DNA from: Alphaproteobacteria bacterium
GTDB taxonomy: Bacteria > Pseudomonadota > Alphaproteobacteria > RF32 > CAG-239
NCBI GenBank assembly: GCA_017480745.1
Contig: JAFUSA010000017.1
Span: 16,174-80,173 of the forward strand
Direction: 5' to 3'
DNA length: 64,000 nucleotides
Made by a program: the position numbers and the translations under genes. The notes under the pieces were generated by a model. It was given only the letters and a program-made list of their open reading frames with translations. It was not told where the DNA came from and ran no database searches. The stretch's first letter is position 1, and each line of letters opens with the position of its first letter. Shown piece by piece: positions 37,031-45,921 of this stretch.

Positions 37031-37230
37031 AAAAAATTGACCGTCAAACGGCGGTCGGGAGAGTTGATAAATCATAGAGTTTGATATGATCTCCCTATTC
37101 TTTAGAATAAAATTCCTGAACATCCAATAGAGACTCCCCGCCCAAAATCGGAGATAAATCACACATTTTCATAACGATGCACCGCACCGCAAACTCTAAG
37201 AGCTTATCAAGGCTCCGAACCGAAGTTCTT
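37031..37230 (-). promoter_or_regulatory. Structured 5' leader, copy A, with terminator
   Basis: Promoter TTGACT (37258-37263) / TATCAT (37236-37241). UUCG hairpin at 37217-37228. Terminator GACCGCCGTTTGACGGTC + T-run at 37031-37056. Confidence 0.7.
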
Positions 37231-37438
37231 AGTCTATGATATCATAAATTCGGCAAAAGTCAAATAAAAAATATAAACTTTACCAAAAAAGCAGGCAATA
37301 CCGGATAATATAACCGACAATAAGCCTCTCAACTATCAGAAAGCCAACTTTTTGTATTTTTATCTTTACTTTCTTTTTAAAGGAGAGTATAATAGCGTGT
37401 AAATTAAAATTATTATAAACCTCAAAAAAATACGCATT

Positions 37439-38122
37439 ATGAAAAAAATTATGTTTCTTATGTTTTCTGCTTTATGTTTGGTGGCCTGTGAACCTTATCC
37501 TGATTATTATGATCATGATTACGATTACATGCGTTCGGATAATGACCATCGCAATGACGGCAATAATTCCGGTAACAATGATGATTCCGGCGACAATGGC
37601 GACAATGGCGACAATACCGGCAGCACCAATACTTTCGGAATAACCAAGCTCTATTCGGTAGTGATGCGCCGTGAGCTTCCCTACCCGTTCAAAGCCTATG
37701 TTTTGCAAATCAGTAACGGTCAATATTTTTATATGATGCGTTATCGGCTGAACGAGGATTTGCACGTGGGTGATGTTATCAAGTTTTCGGTGTATGCAAA
37801 TTGCCCTAATGAAATTGCCGTTATCAACGGACATGACATAAGTGGTGATGAAAATGCCTTACCGACAGGCTCTGTTGATGCCGGAGAATATTTGGTGGCA
37901 AGTGATCCGATTGAAGCAGAAGTGAAAAACATGTTTTTGATGAAAATACGTTACAGTTTGTCTTTCCTGCCATTAGATACATGGTTTATAGAAACAACAG
38001 ACGGTAATTTGATTTTCATTAAAAAGAGTAAGCTAAATGTCAATCTCAGTACAGGGGATAGGATTGTATACAATGTATATACATTGTTCCCGAACGAGAT
38101 TTTAGCACTTAAAAAGCTTTAG
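37439..38122 (+). CDS. Lipoprotein with D/N/G-rich linker and duplicated C-terminal module
   Basis: Lipobox FSALCLVAC. (GGCGACAAT)x3 at 37589-37615. Repeated ...GD-I-F/Y-VY...PNEI... modules. Confidence 0.55.
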   Translation: MKKIMFLMFSALCLVACEPYPDYYDHDYDYMRSDNDHRNDGNNSGNNDDSGDNGDNGDNTGSTNTFGITKLYSVVMRRELPYPFKAYVLQISNGQYFYMMRYRLNEDLHVGDVIKFSVYANCPNEIAVINGHDISGDENALPTGSVDAGEYLVASDPIEAEVKNMFLMKIRYSLSFLPLDTWFIETTDGNLIFIKKSKLNVNLSTGDRIVYNVYTLFPNEILALKKL

Positions 38123-38356
38123 TAAAAAAAGGAATCCGGATTTGTGTTCGGGTTCTTTTTTTTACTTCAACTTGATTTTATACACATTTATTTATTACAC
38201 AGTCATTTGAAATATCGTTATTTTTTTCCAATGTATGCTAAATATTTATGCAAAAATAAAAATAATGCTTGTCAAATCAATTTTTTTTTGTTAAGCAGAA
38301 AGCACAGACGGTGTGTCTGAAGAATTTGTTTTAATTTTATATGAGGTTAATTTATA

Positions 38357-38590
38357 ATGACTGAAACCGCAGAACGCGTTAAAAAGATTGTTGCGAAACA
38401 CTTAGGTGTTGATGAAGCAAAAGTTGTTGAAACTGCCAGCTTTATTGATGATTTGGGCGCAGATAGTTTGGATACAGTTGAATTGGTTATGGCTTTTGAA
38501 GAAGAATTCGGTTGCGAAATTCCGGATAAAGCTGCTGAAAAAATCTTGACTGTAAAAGACGCAATTGATTATCTTTCAAAAAATGCGTAA
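38357..38590 (+). CDS. acpP: Acyl carrier protein
   Basis: [21 protein letters not shown]. Confidence 0.95.
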   Translation: MTETAERVKKIVAKHLGVDEAKVVETASFIDDLGADSLDTVELVMAFEEEFGCEIPDKAAEKILTVKDAIDYLSKNA

Positions 38591-38670
38591 GTCGTAAGGC
38601 TTTATTGAATTAAACTCGCTATAAGTTATTACGGCGAGTTTTTTTTCTAAAACAAAGGATTGATGTATAA

Positions 38671-39951
38671 ATGAGAAGAGTTGTAATAACCGGTTTGGGA
38701 GTTGTATCTCCGCTGGGGCGTGGTGTTGACTATAACTGGCAATGCCTGCTTGAAGGAAAATCAGGTATTCGTCAAATTCAAGGAATTGATTTAAAAGATA
38801 TTCCGGTAACTATTGCCGGTCAGGTTCCGTTTGGTGAAGGCGAACATGAGTTTAATCCGGATACGGTAATGGCGCCGAAAGACCAAAAAAAGGCCGACCG
38901 TTTTATTTTATTTGGTGTTGCCGCTGCAAATGATGCTTTGAAAGATGCAGCGTATGAACCAAAGGATTTAAGCGAAGAAGAGCAATGCAGAGCCGGCGTT
39001 ATGATGGGTTCAGGCATCGGCGGATTGAATAATATATATGAGAATTCAATCTCGTTTAATGAAGTTGGTATCAAGCGGATTTCTCCGTTTTTTATTCCGT
39101 CTTGCCTGATTAACTTAATTTCGGGCACAGTTTCCATAGACCATAGTTTACGCGGACCGAATCATGCTTGTGTTACAGCCTGTTCTACGGGGACTCACGC
39201 CATTGGTGATGCTGCTCGCATTATTGCCATGGGTGATGCTGATGTAATGGTTGCCGGCGGTGCGGAATCAGCGGTTAATGTTCTTGGTTTGGCCGGTTTT
39301 GCTCGTATGAAAGCCATTACTGCCGAATTTAACGATTGTCCGGAGAAAGCTTCGCGTCCGTGGGATAAAGATCGTAGCGGGTTTGTTATGGGTGAAGGCG
39401 CCGGAGCCGTTGTTTTGGAAGAATTAGAACACGCCAAAGCGCGCGGAGCACATATTTATGCCGAAGTTGTCGGTTACGGTATGAGTGGCGATGCTCACCA
39501 TATAACAGCGCCTTGTCCGGATGGAAATGGAGCATATCGAGCCATGAAAATGGCTGTTGAACATGCCAAAGAACATGGTGTAGAAATTGCCGATATTAAC
39601 TATGTTAATGCTCATGGAACATCAACTCCGCTTGGTGATGTTGGTGAAGCTCAAGCCGTTCGTCGCTTGTTTGGTGAGAACTTATCAACCATGTCTATGT
39701 CGTCCACAAAATCGTCAATCGGCCATTTATTAGGAGCGGCCGGAGCAGTTGAAGCCGTTTATACTGTTAAAGCCATAGAGGAACAAACTTGCCCGCCTAC
39801 CCTTAATTTAGAAAACCCTGATGATGAGGTTAAGGACATAGATTTAGTTCCGTTAAAGCCTAAGAAAAAGCCTATTAAAGCGGCTATGTCAAACTCTTTC
39901 GGCTTTGGTGGCACAAACTCATCAATTATATTCAAAAAATATACAGATTAG
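38671..39951 (+). CDS. fabF: 3-oxoacyl-ACP synthase II
   Basis: 426 aa. ...ACVTACSTGTHAIGDA..., NAHGTSTPLGD, SFGFGGTNSS. Confidence 0.95.
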   Translation: MRRVVITGLGVVSPLGRGVDYNWQCLLEGKSGIRQIQGIDLKDIPVTIAGQVPFGEGEHEFNPDTVMAPKDQKKADRFILFGVAAANDALKDAAYEPKDLSEEEQCRAGVMMGSGIGGLNNIYENSISFNEVGIKRISPFFIPSCLINLISGTVSIDHSLRGPNHACVTACSTGTHAIGDAARIIAMGDADVMVAGGAESAVNVLGLAGFARMKAITAEFNDCPEKASRPWDKDRSGFVMGEGAGAVVLEELEHAKARGAHIYAEVVGYGMSGDAHHITAPCPDGNGAYRAMKMAVEHAKEHGVEIADINYVNAHGTSTPLGDVGEAQAVRRLFGENLSTMSMSSTKSSIGHLLGAAGAVEAVYTVKAIEEQTCPPTLNLENPDDEVKDIDLVPLKPKKKPIKAAMSNSFGFGGTNSSIIFKKYTD

Positions 39952-39960
39952 GGAAATAAA

Positions 39961-40917
39961 ATGAAAAAGCTGTTGTTTCTGTTGCTGATATGCTTGGGAA
40001 CAGCAGCTTTTTTGTGTGTAAAGTTTCAGCAAATTGTTAATACCCCGCAAAAAATTGAGGGCGAAAAAATTTTGCAAATTAATAGCGGAGATTCTTTGCT
40101 TAATGTGGCAAGTTCGCTTTATGAACAAAAGTTGATAAACCAAAAATGGCAATTCATTTTATATATGAAAATCAACCGGTTATATCCAAATGTTAAAGCT
40201 GGAGAATATCTTGTTGATAAAGATATTTCCATAGTTGAATTAGGAAATTTAATAACCTCTGGCAAAGCTTTTTTGCGCAAAATAACTTTTGCTGAAGGAT
40301 TAACCTCACGAGAGATTGCAAATATTTTACTTAATAACAATTATTTATCTAATGATTTTAAATCATTTAATGAAGGGTATGTATTACCTGAAACATATAC
40401 TTTTTCACGTGGAGATACTCGGCAAAAAATAGTCAACAAAGCCCATGCGGCATTAAAAGAAACATTGCAACAGGCTTGGGACGAACGCGATGCTGATTTG
40501 CCGCTTAAAAACAAAGAAGAAATGCTGATTTTAGCCTCTATTGTTGAAAAAGAAACAGGCGTTGCCAACGAACGTCCGCAAGTTGCTTCTGTGTTTATCA
40601 ATCGTTTACGGAAGGGAATGTTACTACAAACAGATCCTACGGTAATTTATGCTTTAACGCAAGGCAAAACGGATTTGCGACGTAAACTGACACTCAAAGA
40701 TTTAGAAACAGATAACCCATATAACACCTATAAATATGCCGGATTGCCACCAACTCCCATTTGCAACCCAGGCAAAGCCGCTATCATGGCAGTTGCTCAT
40801 CCGGATAAAACTCCGTATTTGTATTTTGTTGCTTCCGGCAACGGCGGACACAACTTTGCTCGCACTCTTGCCGAACATAACGACAATGTTCGCCAATGGC
40901 GACGCTTGAATAAATAA
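39961..40917 (+). CDS. mltG: Endolytic murein transglycosylase MltG (YceG-like)
   Basis: 318 aa. N-terminal TM, ...LASIVEKETGVANERPQVASVFINRL...LQTDPTVIY...YNTYKYAGLPPTPICNPG. Confidence 0.9.
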   Translation: MKKLLFLLLICLGTAAFLCVKFQQIVNTPQKIEGEKILQINSGDSLLNVASSLYEQKLINQKWQFILYMKINRLYPNVKAGEYLVDKDISIVELGNLITSGKAFLRKITFAEGLTSREIANILLNNNYLSNDFKSFNEGYVLPETYTFSRGDTRQKIVNKAHAALKETLQQAWDERDADLPLKNKEEMLILASIVEKETGVANERPQVASVFINRLRKGMLLQTDPTVIYALTQGKTDLRRKLTLKDLETDNPYNTYKYAGLPPTPICNPGKAAIMAVAHPDKTPYLYFVASGNGGHNFARTLAEHNDNVRQWRRLNK

Positions 40918-40918
40918 C

Positions 40919-42349
40919 TCAATCTAAATATTTGCTGTTGTCAATATTCCAAATATTCTCCTTATCCTGCAAGTTATGTGCAATATTTTCCGCCACAGCC
41001 ATACCGCTTAAAACAGCGTGATCCATATTGATATATTTATGCATTCCGTTGCGTCCGATCAAATAGAGATTTTTCACACTATCGGTATAATTTTTTATTT
41101 GTTCAAATTGCAAATAACTGCCAAAATACGCCGGATAAGCTTTTTCCAGCTTAAATGAGTATGCTTCAATCACATCCTTGTCATCAATTAGGCTGATTTT
41201 TTCCGCTTCTGCAATAGCCATAGCCGTAAATTTTTCATCTGACATTTGCCACAAATTATCGTTATCACCGCAAAAATATTCCAAAGCCAACAGAACTTTT
41301 GTTCTATCTGCCAGCAAATCAGCTGACCAATTATTATAAACTTGTATGCGTCCAATTTTTACATCGCTTTCTTGAATATAAAGCCAAGTATCCGGCAAAA
41401 TATGCGTTTTAAGCATTTTATTCAGTAAAACAACAGCACTGCGAAAATTGCGATATTGCAGACCTGCGGCAATTTGTCTGATATTTTGCGGAACATTTGG
41501 TAACATAGTAATTAAGTCCTTAACCGGCAGGGAAGATATAAAATAATCCCCTTCAATAGTTTGCTCAGAACCATCTGCCATACGAATAACCGCAGAAATA
41601 ATTTTATCTCCGGAAGTATTGAGGCGCACCACTTCGGCGTTAAAAGTAAACTCTCCGCCTTGTTTAAGCACTTTATCGGCAACTTTTTGCCAAAGCTGCG
41701 CCGGTCCGTATTTAGGATATAAGAAAGTATCTTTTATTTTTGGCCGAAAAGCTTTTAAGACAGAAAGCACAATCTCGCGTAAATGAATCCCGCGAATACG
41801 TTCCCTGCCCCATTCGGCAGAAATCTCGCGACAAGAAATTCCCCACAGTTTTTCGGTATAATCTTTGAAAAACGTACGATAAAGTACTTTACCAAAAGTG
41901 TTAATTAAAAAATCTTCGGCAGATTTTTCCGGCTTTATCGGATGCAATTTTGCACGCAAATAAGAAGCGATGATATTTAGCATACGCTTTAACCCTAAGC
42001 CGTGAAAAGTACGCAGATTCAACGCTACCGGATAATCAAAAAAACGTCGCAGATAATATATGCGCGAAAGACGATTTTGCGTAATAAAAGTATCTGTTGT
42101 ATTCGGAGCATCAAGTGGCAAAAATTGCAACCACCAATCGTGCACTTTGCTAAATTTAGTAAAAAAGCGATGTCCGCCGATATCCGCCAAATTATCACCG
42201 GCGCGAGCGGTTAAACACAAACCGCCGACAAACGGATTTTTCTCTACCACCAGCGGTTGCACCTCACTCTGCTGCAAAAGCTCATACGCCGCAGTCAATC
42301 CGGCGGGACCGGCACCCAAAATAACCGCCCTAACCTTGCGTTTGTGCAT
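40919..42349 (-). CDS. FAD/NAD(P)-binding oxidoreductase (amine-oxidase / UDP-galactopyranose-mutase-like fold)
   Basis: 476 aa. N-terminal dinucleotide fold VRAVILGAGPAGLTAAYEL. Overlaps the upstream membrane-protein gene by 20 nt. Confidence 0.65.
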   Translation of the reverse strand: MHKRKVRAVILGAGPAGLTAAYELLQQSEVQPLVVEKNPFVGGLCLTARAGDNLADIGGHRFFTKFSKVHDWWLQFLPLDAPNTTDTFITQNRLSRIYYLRRFFDYPVALNLRTFHGLGLKRMLNIIASYLRAKLHPIKPEKSAEDFLINTFGKVLYRTFFKDYTEKLWGISCREISAEWGRERIRGIHLREIVLSVLKAFRPKIKDTFLYPKYGPAQLWQKVADKVLKQGGEFTFNAEVVRLNTSGDKIISAVIRMADGSEQTIEGDYFISSLPVKDLITMLPNVPQNIRQIAAGLQYRNFRSAVVLLNKMLKTHILPDTWLYIQESDVKIGRIQVYNNWSADLLADRTKVLLALEYFCGDNDNLWQMSDEKFTAMAIAEAEKISLIDDKDVIEAYSFKLEKAYPAYFGSYLQFEQIKNYTDSVKNLYLIGRNGMHKYINMDHAVLSGMAVAENIAHNLQDKENIWNIDNSKYLD

Positions 42350-43640
42350 TATCTGCCTCCTTTGACTTAATATACCAAAAGTTCAGCATAACAATCAGCG
42401 GAAAAAAGGTTGCCACCCATAAGCGATAGGTATAACTTGCATGTTGCAACGGATGTCCACCGACAATAAAACACCAAAACAAAGTAGAAGTCGCTATTGC
42501 CACAAACGGCAACAACGTAACGCTGTTATTTTTTGCATAGAGCCACGTTTTTTTCGCGCGCCAAACCAAAGGCGCTAAGGAAAGAATAAAACTCCAAGTT
42601 GCCGCGGCAACCGTTTCCGGTATGGCAAACAACACCCTCCATGTTGCCACAATAGCAAAACCGCGCGTATATTCGGTAATAACTTCTTTGCCTTTAAGAA
42701 CATAGCGCATTTGTGAAGTAGAACGATTTAAGAGCGCATTAAAAACATCGGCAACCACATTTTGCTCAGTCAACAGCGACGCCAAAATCCATTTGAGCAC
42801 CCACATACCAACATAAGCTCCGCCAAAACATAAGGTTAAAACCAATAGTCGTTTAAACATTGACTTAAACTCAGTTTCCGGTTCTAAATAAAAAAGCAAT
42901 GTCAATGAAGTTGCCAACGGCACAATCGGATAAGTGAGAAAATCAAAAAAGCAAGTGCAAATCCCTATCATGGCAAAAAATATCGGGTAGCCGAGGCGCT
43001 CCTTTATCCATTCACGGCAGGTCAGCATTAAAATCATAGATACTGCGCTGACATAATAAAGAATGGAATAAGTCATATTCATTGCCATGGCTTCGGGGTT
43101 AAAAATAAAGTAACTGAGCGCCCAACCAAGCATCAGCCCTTTGGCTTTATTTTGCCACATTAGCCACAAAATCAGCCCGAACAGCCACACTTGCAGATAT
43201 AAATTAATTTGCCGGATGTGCTGATAATCAGTGAAATAAAGCAGCGGACGCAAAAAAATCTGATACCCGTGCCAATAGCGCGGATAGTATATTTTATAAT
43301 ACTCCAAATCATCGCGGCAGATAGTTTCAAGCGGAAAAATATCTATCCAATCCGGTTGTTGTTTATAAACCGTATAGAGCGGATTATTGAAAAAAGTTTG
43401 CCAACCGGCTTCGTCTTTTACTCCGTTTGCCACCAACATCATTGTCGCATCGGTATAGTTATCAAGAATGCGACCGGCAACCGACGGATGATAATCTTCC
43501 GCCATATATAACGAACAGGCATTTTTGCTGTGCGCAACACCCTTAGTCGGCGGCACATATTGCACCGCCATACCTAAGAAAACAAAACAACATATCATAC
43601 CTAATATGTATGATAAACGTATCATTTTATTTAATGACAA
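42330..43640 (-). CDS. Polytopic membrane protein, GT-C-like glycosyltransferase suspected
   Basis: 436 aa, at least 10 hydrophobic helices, extracytoplasmic loop with YPRYWHGYQ. Overlaps the pilin-like gene by 14 nt. Confidence 0.4.
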   Translation of the reverse strand: MSLNKMIRLSYILGMICCFVFLGMAVQYVPPTKGVAHSKNACSLYMAEDYHPSVAGRILDNYTDATMMLVANGVKDEAGWQTFFNNPLYTVYKQQPDWIDIFPLETICRDDLEYYKIYYPRYWHGYQIFLRPLLYFTDYQHIRQINLYLQVWLFGLILWLMWQNKAKGLMLGWALSYFIFNPEAMAMNMTYSILYYVSAVSMILMLTCREWIKERLGYPIFFAMIGICTCFFDFLTYPIVPLATSLTLLFYLEPETEFKSMFKRLLVLTLCFGGAYVGMWVLKWILASLLTEQNVVADVFNALLNRSTSQMRYVLKGKEVITEYTRGFAIVATWRVLFAIPETVAAATWSFILSLAPLVWRAKKTWLYAKNNSVTLLPFVAIATSTLFWCFIVGGHPLQHASYTYRLWVATFFPLIVMLNFWYIKSKEADNAQTQG

Positions 43641-44259
43641 AAACTATACCATTATGATCAATAGAACAAAGAGTAATAGCATCCTCTACGCCACCTGAAT
43701 ATGCCGAACCGTTAATTTCCATACTTTCCGGATTTAAGGCGCTCCAATCCTGAGAAGCTATATCAATGCAAGCCTCCATAGGAATATCAAATACACCTAA
43801 AGATAGAGTTTTATCACCATCCATGGAACTAAAACAAATTCCTCCACCAAAAGCATTTATAACATTTGTACTGTCAGTCTGATTTTCCAATCCGTGACTC
43901 CCATCTACCCTTGCGACTATAAAAGTCTGTTTTGGTGAAACTAATGTTTCATCTGGCACCAGATGTGCTTTTCGCACTACATCACTTACGCTATCCATTC
44001 CCGATTCATATGCAAGTCCTCCGCATCCCATCCATATTCCTGCATACCTCCTATCAGCCGGTTGGCTGGCAGTGAAAGAACGCATATTGCCGGCAATTAA
44101 GGTAATTTGTTCAATTGTTTTGTTAATGCGATACTTCATCATCGCTTTACTGTATCCGGCGATTCCGCCAACAGAAAGCACGCCGATAATTGCCAAAACG
44201 CCTAACATTTCGATCATTGAGCGTCCGTTTTGATGATTTTTTATTTCAAAATTTTTCAT
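43627..44259 (-). CDS. Type IV pilin-like protein (short 12-aa leader)
   Basis: MKNFEIKNHQNG|RSMIEMLGVLAIIGVLSVGGIAGYSKAMMKYRINKTIEQITLIAGN. Confidence 0.75.
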   Translation of the reverse strand: MKNFEIKNHQNGRSMIEMLGVLAIIGVLSVGGIAGYSKAMMKYRINKTIEQITLIAGNMRSFTASQPADRRYAGIWMGCGGLAYESGMDSVSDVVRKAHLVPDETLVSPKQTFIVARVDGSHGLENQTDSTNVINAFGGGICFSSMDGDKTLSLGVFDIPMEACIDIASQDWSALNPESMEINGSAYSGGVEDAITLCSIDHNGIVFVIK

Positions 44260-44306
44260 ATTATATTTCCTCTAAATTCAATAAATAAGCATTAAATTTC
44301 ATAATT

Positions 44307-44499
44307 AAAAAGACCACCAAATGGTGGTCGGAGAGGTAGAAAATCACACGGTTTAAGCTGATTTCTGTAACCTTTAAGCTAAATGCTCTGTACATCCGCT
44401 ACAGACTCCCCAACCCAGTCGGAGATATTATTAAACACCATAACGATGCAAAGCACCGTAAACCGTAAGAGCTTTCTACAGCTCCGAACCGAAGTTCTG
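44307..44499 (-). promoter_or_regulatory. Structured 5' leader, copy C, with terminator
   Basis: Promoter TTGACA (44527-44532) / TAACAT (44505-44510). UUCG hairpin at 44486-44497. Terminator GACCACCATTTGGTGGTC + T5. Confidence 0.7.
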
Positions 44500-44551
44500 A
44501 ATCTATGTTAGCATAATTTTTGCAAATGTCAAACAATTTTTGCAAACAATT

Positions 44552-45292
44552 TCAATACATAACCTTATTAAGGTATAAACCACACGCCGGAGCACTGATT
44601 CCGGCTTGAGCCCGATCCTTTGCCGCTAAAATCCTTTCCACATCGGTCGGCGCCAACTTTCCATTGCCAACCTGCACCAATGTGCCAACCATATTGCGCA
44701 CCTGATGATATAAGAAAGAGCGCGCTTCTACCGTAAAAATAATTTCATCATTCACACGTTCAATATCTAATTTATCCAAGGTTTTGAGCGGAGAATTGGC
44801 TTGACATCCGGCACCGCGAAAAGATGTAAAATCATGGTAACCCAACAAATATTTCGCCCCCTCTTGCATGGCTGCCAAATCCAAATTATAGCTCACCGGC
44901 CACACGCGATTGAGCCTTAACGGACTGTTGCCGCGCCGGTTCAATACTCGATAGATATATCCGCGCCCAATGGCAGAAAAACGGGCGTGAAAGTCGTTGT
45001 TCACCTTCTCTGTTTGCCACACGGCAATCGGAGCTTGCAACTCGCGCAACAAAGCATTCAAGCTTTCTTGTATTTTATATTCGCTTAAATCAGTATCAAG
45101 ATCAAAATGCGCCACCTGTCCCAACGCATGCACGCCGGCATCGGTTCGTCCGGCTCCAAAAACATCTGCCTTTTGATGCGAAAAACCTGTAATTGCTTTT
45201 TCTAAAAATTCTTGCACACTCGGTCCGTCTTTTTGTTTTTGCCAACCGACTAAATTCGTGCCGTCATATTCTACGGTAATTTTGTAACGCAT
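44552..45292 (-). CDS. truA: tRNA pseudouridine(38-40) synthase
   Basis: MRYKITVEYDGTNLVGWQKQ...GAGRTDAGVHALGQVAHFD. Confidence 0.9.
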   Translation of the reverse strand: MRYKITVEYDGTNLVGWQKQKDGPSVQEFLEKAITGFSHQKADVFGAGRTDAGVHALGQVAHFDLDTDLSEYKIQESLNALLRELQAPIAVWQTEKVNNDFHARFSAIGRGYIYRVLNRRGNSPLRLNRVWPVSYNLDLAAMQEGAKYLLGYHDFTSFRGAGCQANSPLKTLDKLDIERVNDEIIFTVEARSFLYHQVRNMVGTLVQVGNGKLAPTDVERILAAKDRAQAGISAPACGLYLNKVMY

Positions 45293-45411
45293 ATCTTTTC
45301 CCTTTTGATGGCAGATTAAAAAATCTTGGTGCAAAAGTCAAATAAAAAACCGATTGTAATAACAAAATAAGGAGGCCTTACAGCCTCCGTTACAAACTTT
45401 TGCTGAAAAAA

Positions 45412-45828
45412 CTATTTAGCAAAAACGTTTTTAAGATTTTCCAAATCCTGTTTAGCTTGTGCGGCATTTTCTTTTGCCGAACTTACCTTTTCCGCAACCT
45501 CAGATAATTTTTCCGAAGTAGCGCCACTTTCATCGGCAACCGCAGCCGAAACAGCTTTTTCAGCTGCAGCTGACTTAGCATTTGCTATTTTTTCATTAAC
45601 TGCGGCTTGCGTGTCATCAATTTTGGCATTAACGGCATCAACTTTTTCTTTTGCGGCTTCAACAGTAACTGCATTGCCAACTTCCGCTTGGGTTGTATCA
45701 ACCGTTGCATTAACAGAATCTATTTTTTCCTGTGCGGTTTGAGCCGCCGAAAGAACATCTGCAACACCTGCATCGGCAACCCCTGTAAACATCATTAACG
45801 ACGCAACAACAACTAATATTTTATTCAT
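45412..45828 (-). CDS. Secreted Ala-rich helical repeat protein
   Basis: 138 aa from ATG 45828 (SD AAGGAG). Signal peptide. Repeated VD-VNA--D-TQA-V units. Terminator hairpin GGAGGCTGTAAGGCCTCC downstream. Confidence 0.5.
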   Translation of the reverse strand: MNKILVVVASLMMFTGVADAGVADVLSAAQTAQEKIDSVNATVDTTQAEVGNAVTVEAAKEKVDAVNAKIDDTQAAVNEKIANAKSAAAEKAVSAAVADESGATSEKLSEVAEKVSSAKENAAQAKQDLENLKNVFAK

Positions 45829-45921
45829 TACAAGTCTCCTTAAACAAATCAAAATTCCTTGTTATTTTAGCACGCAAATAAACAAAAAACAAATTTTATT
45901 TTGTTTTTTTAGTCAGAAATT

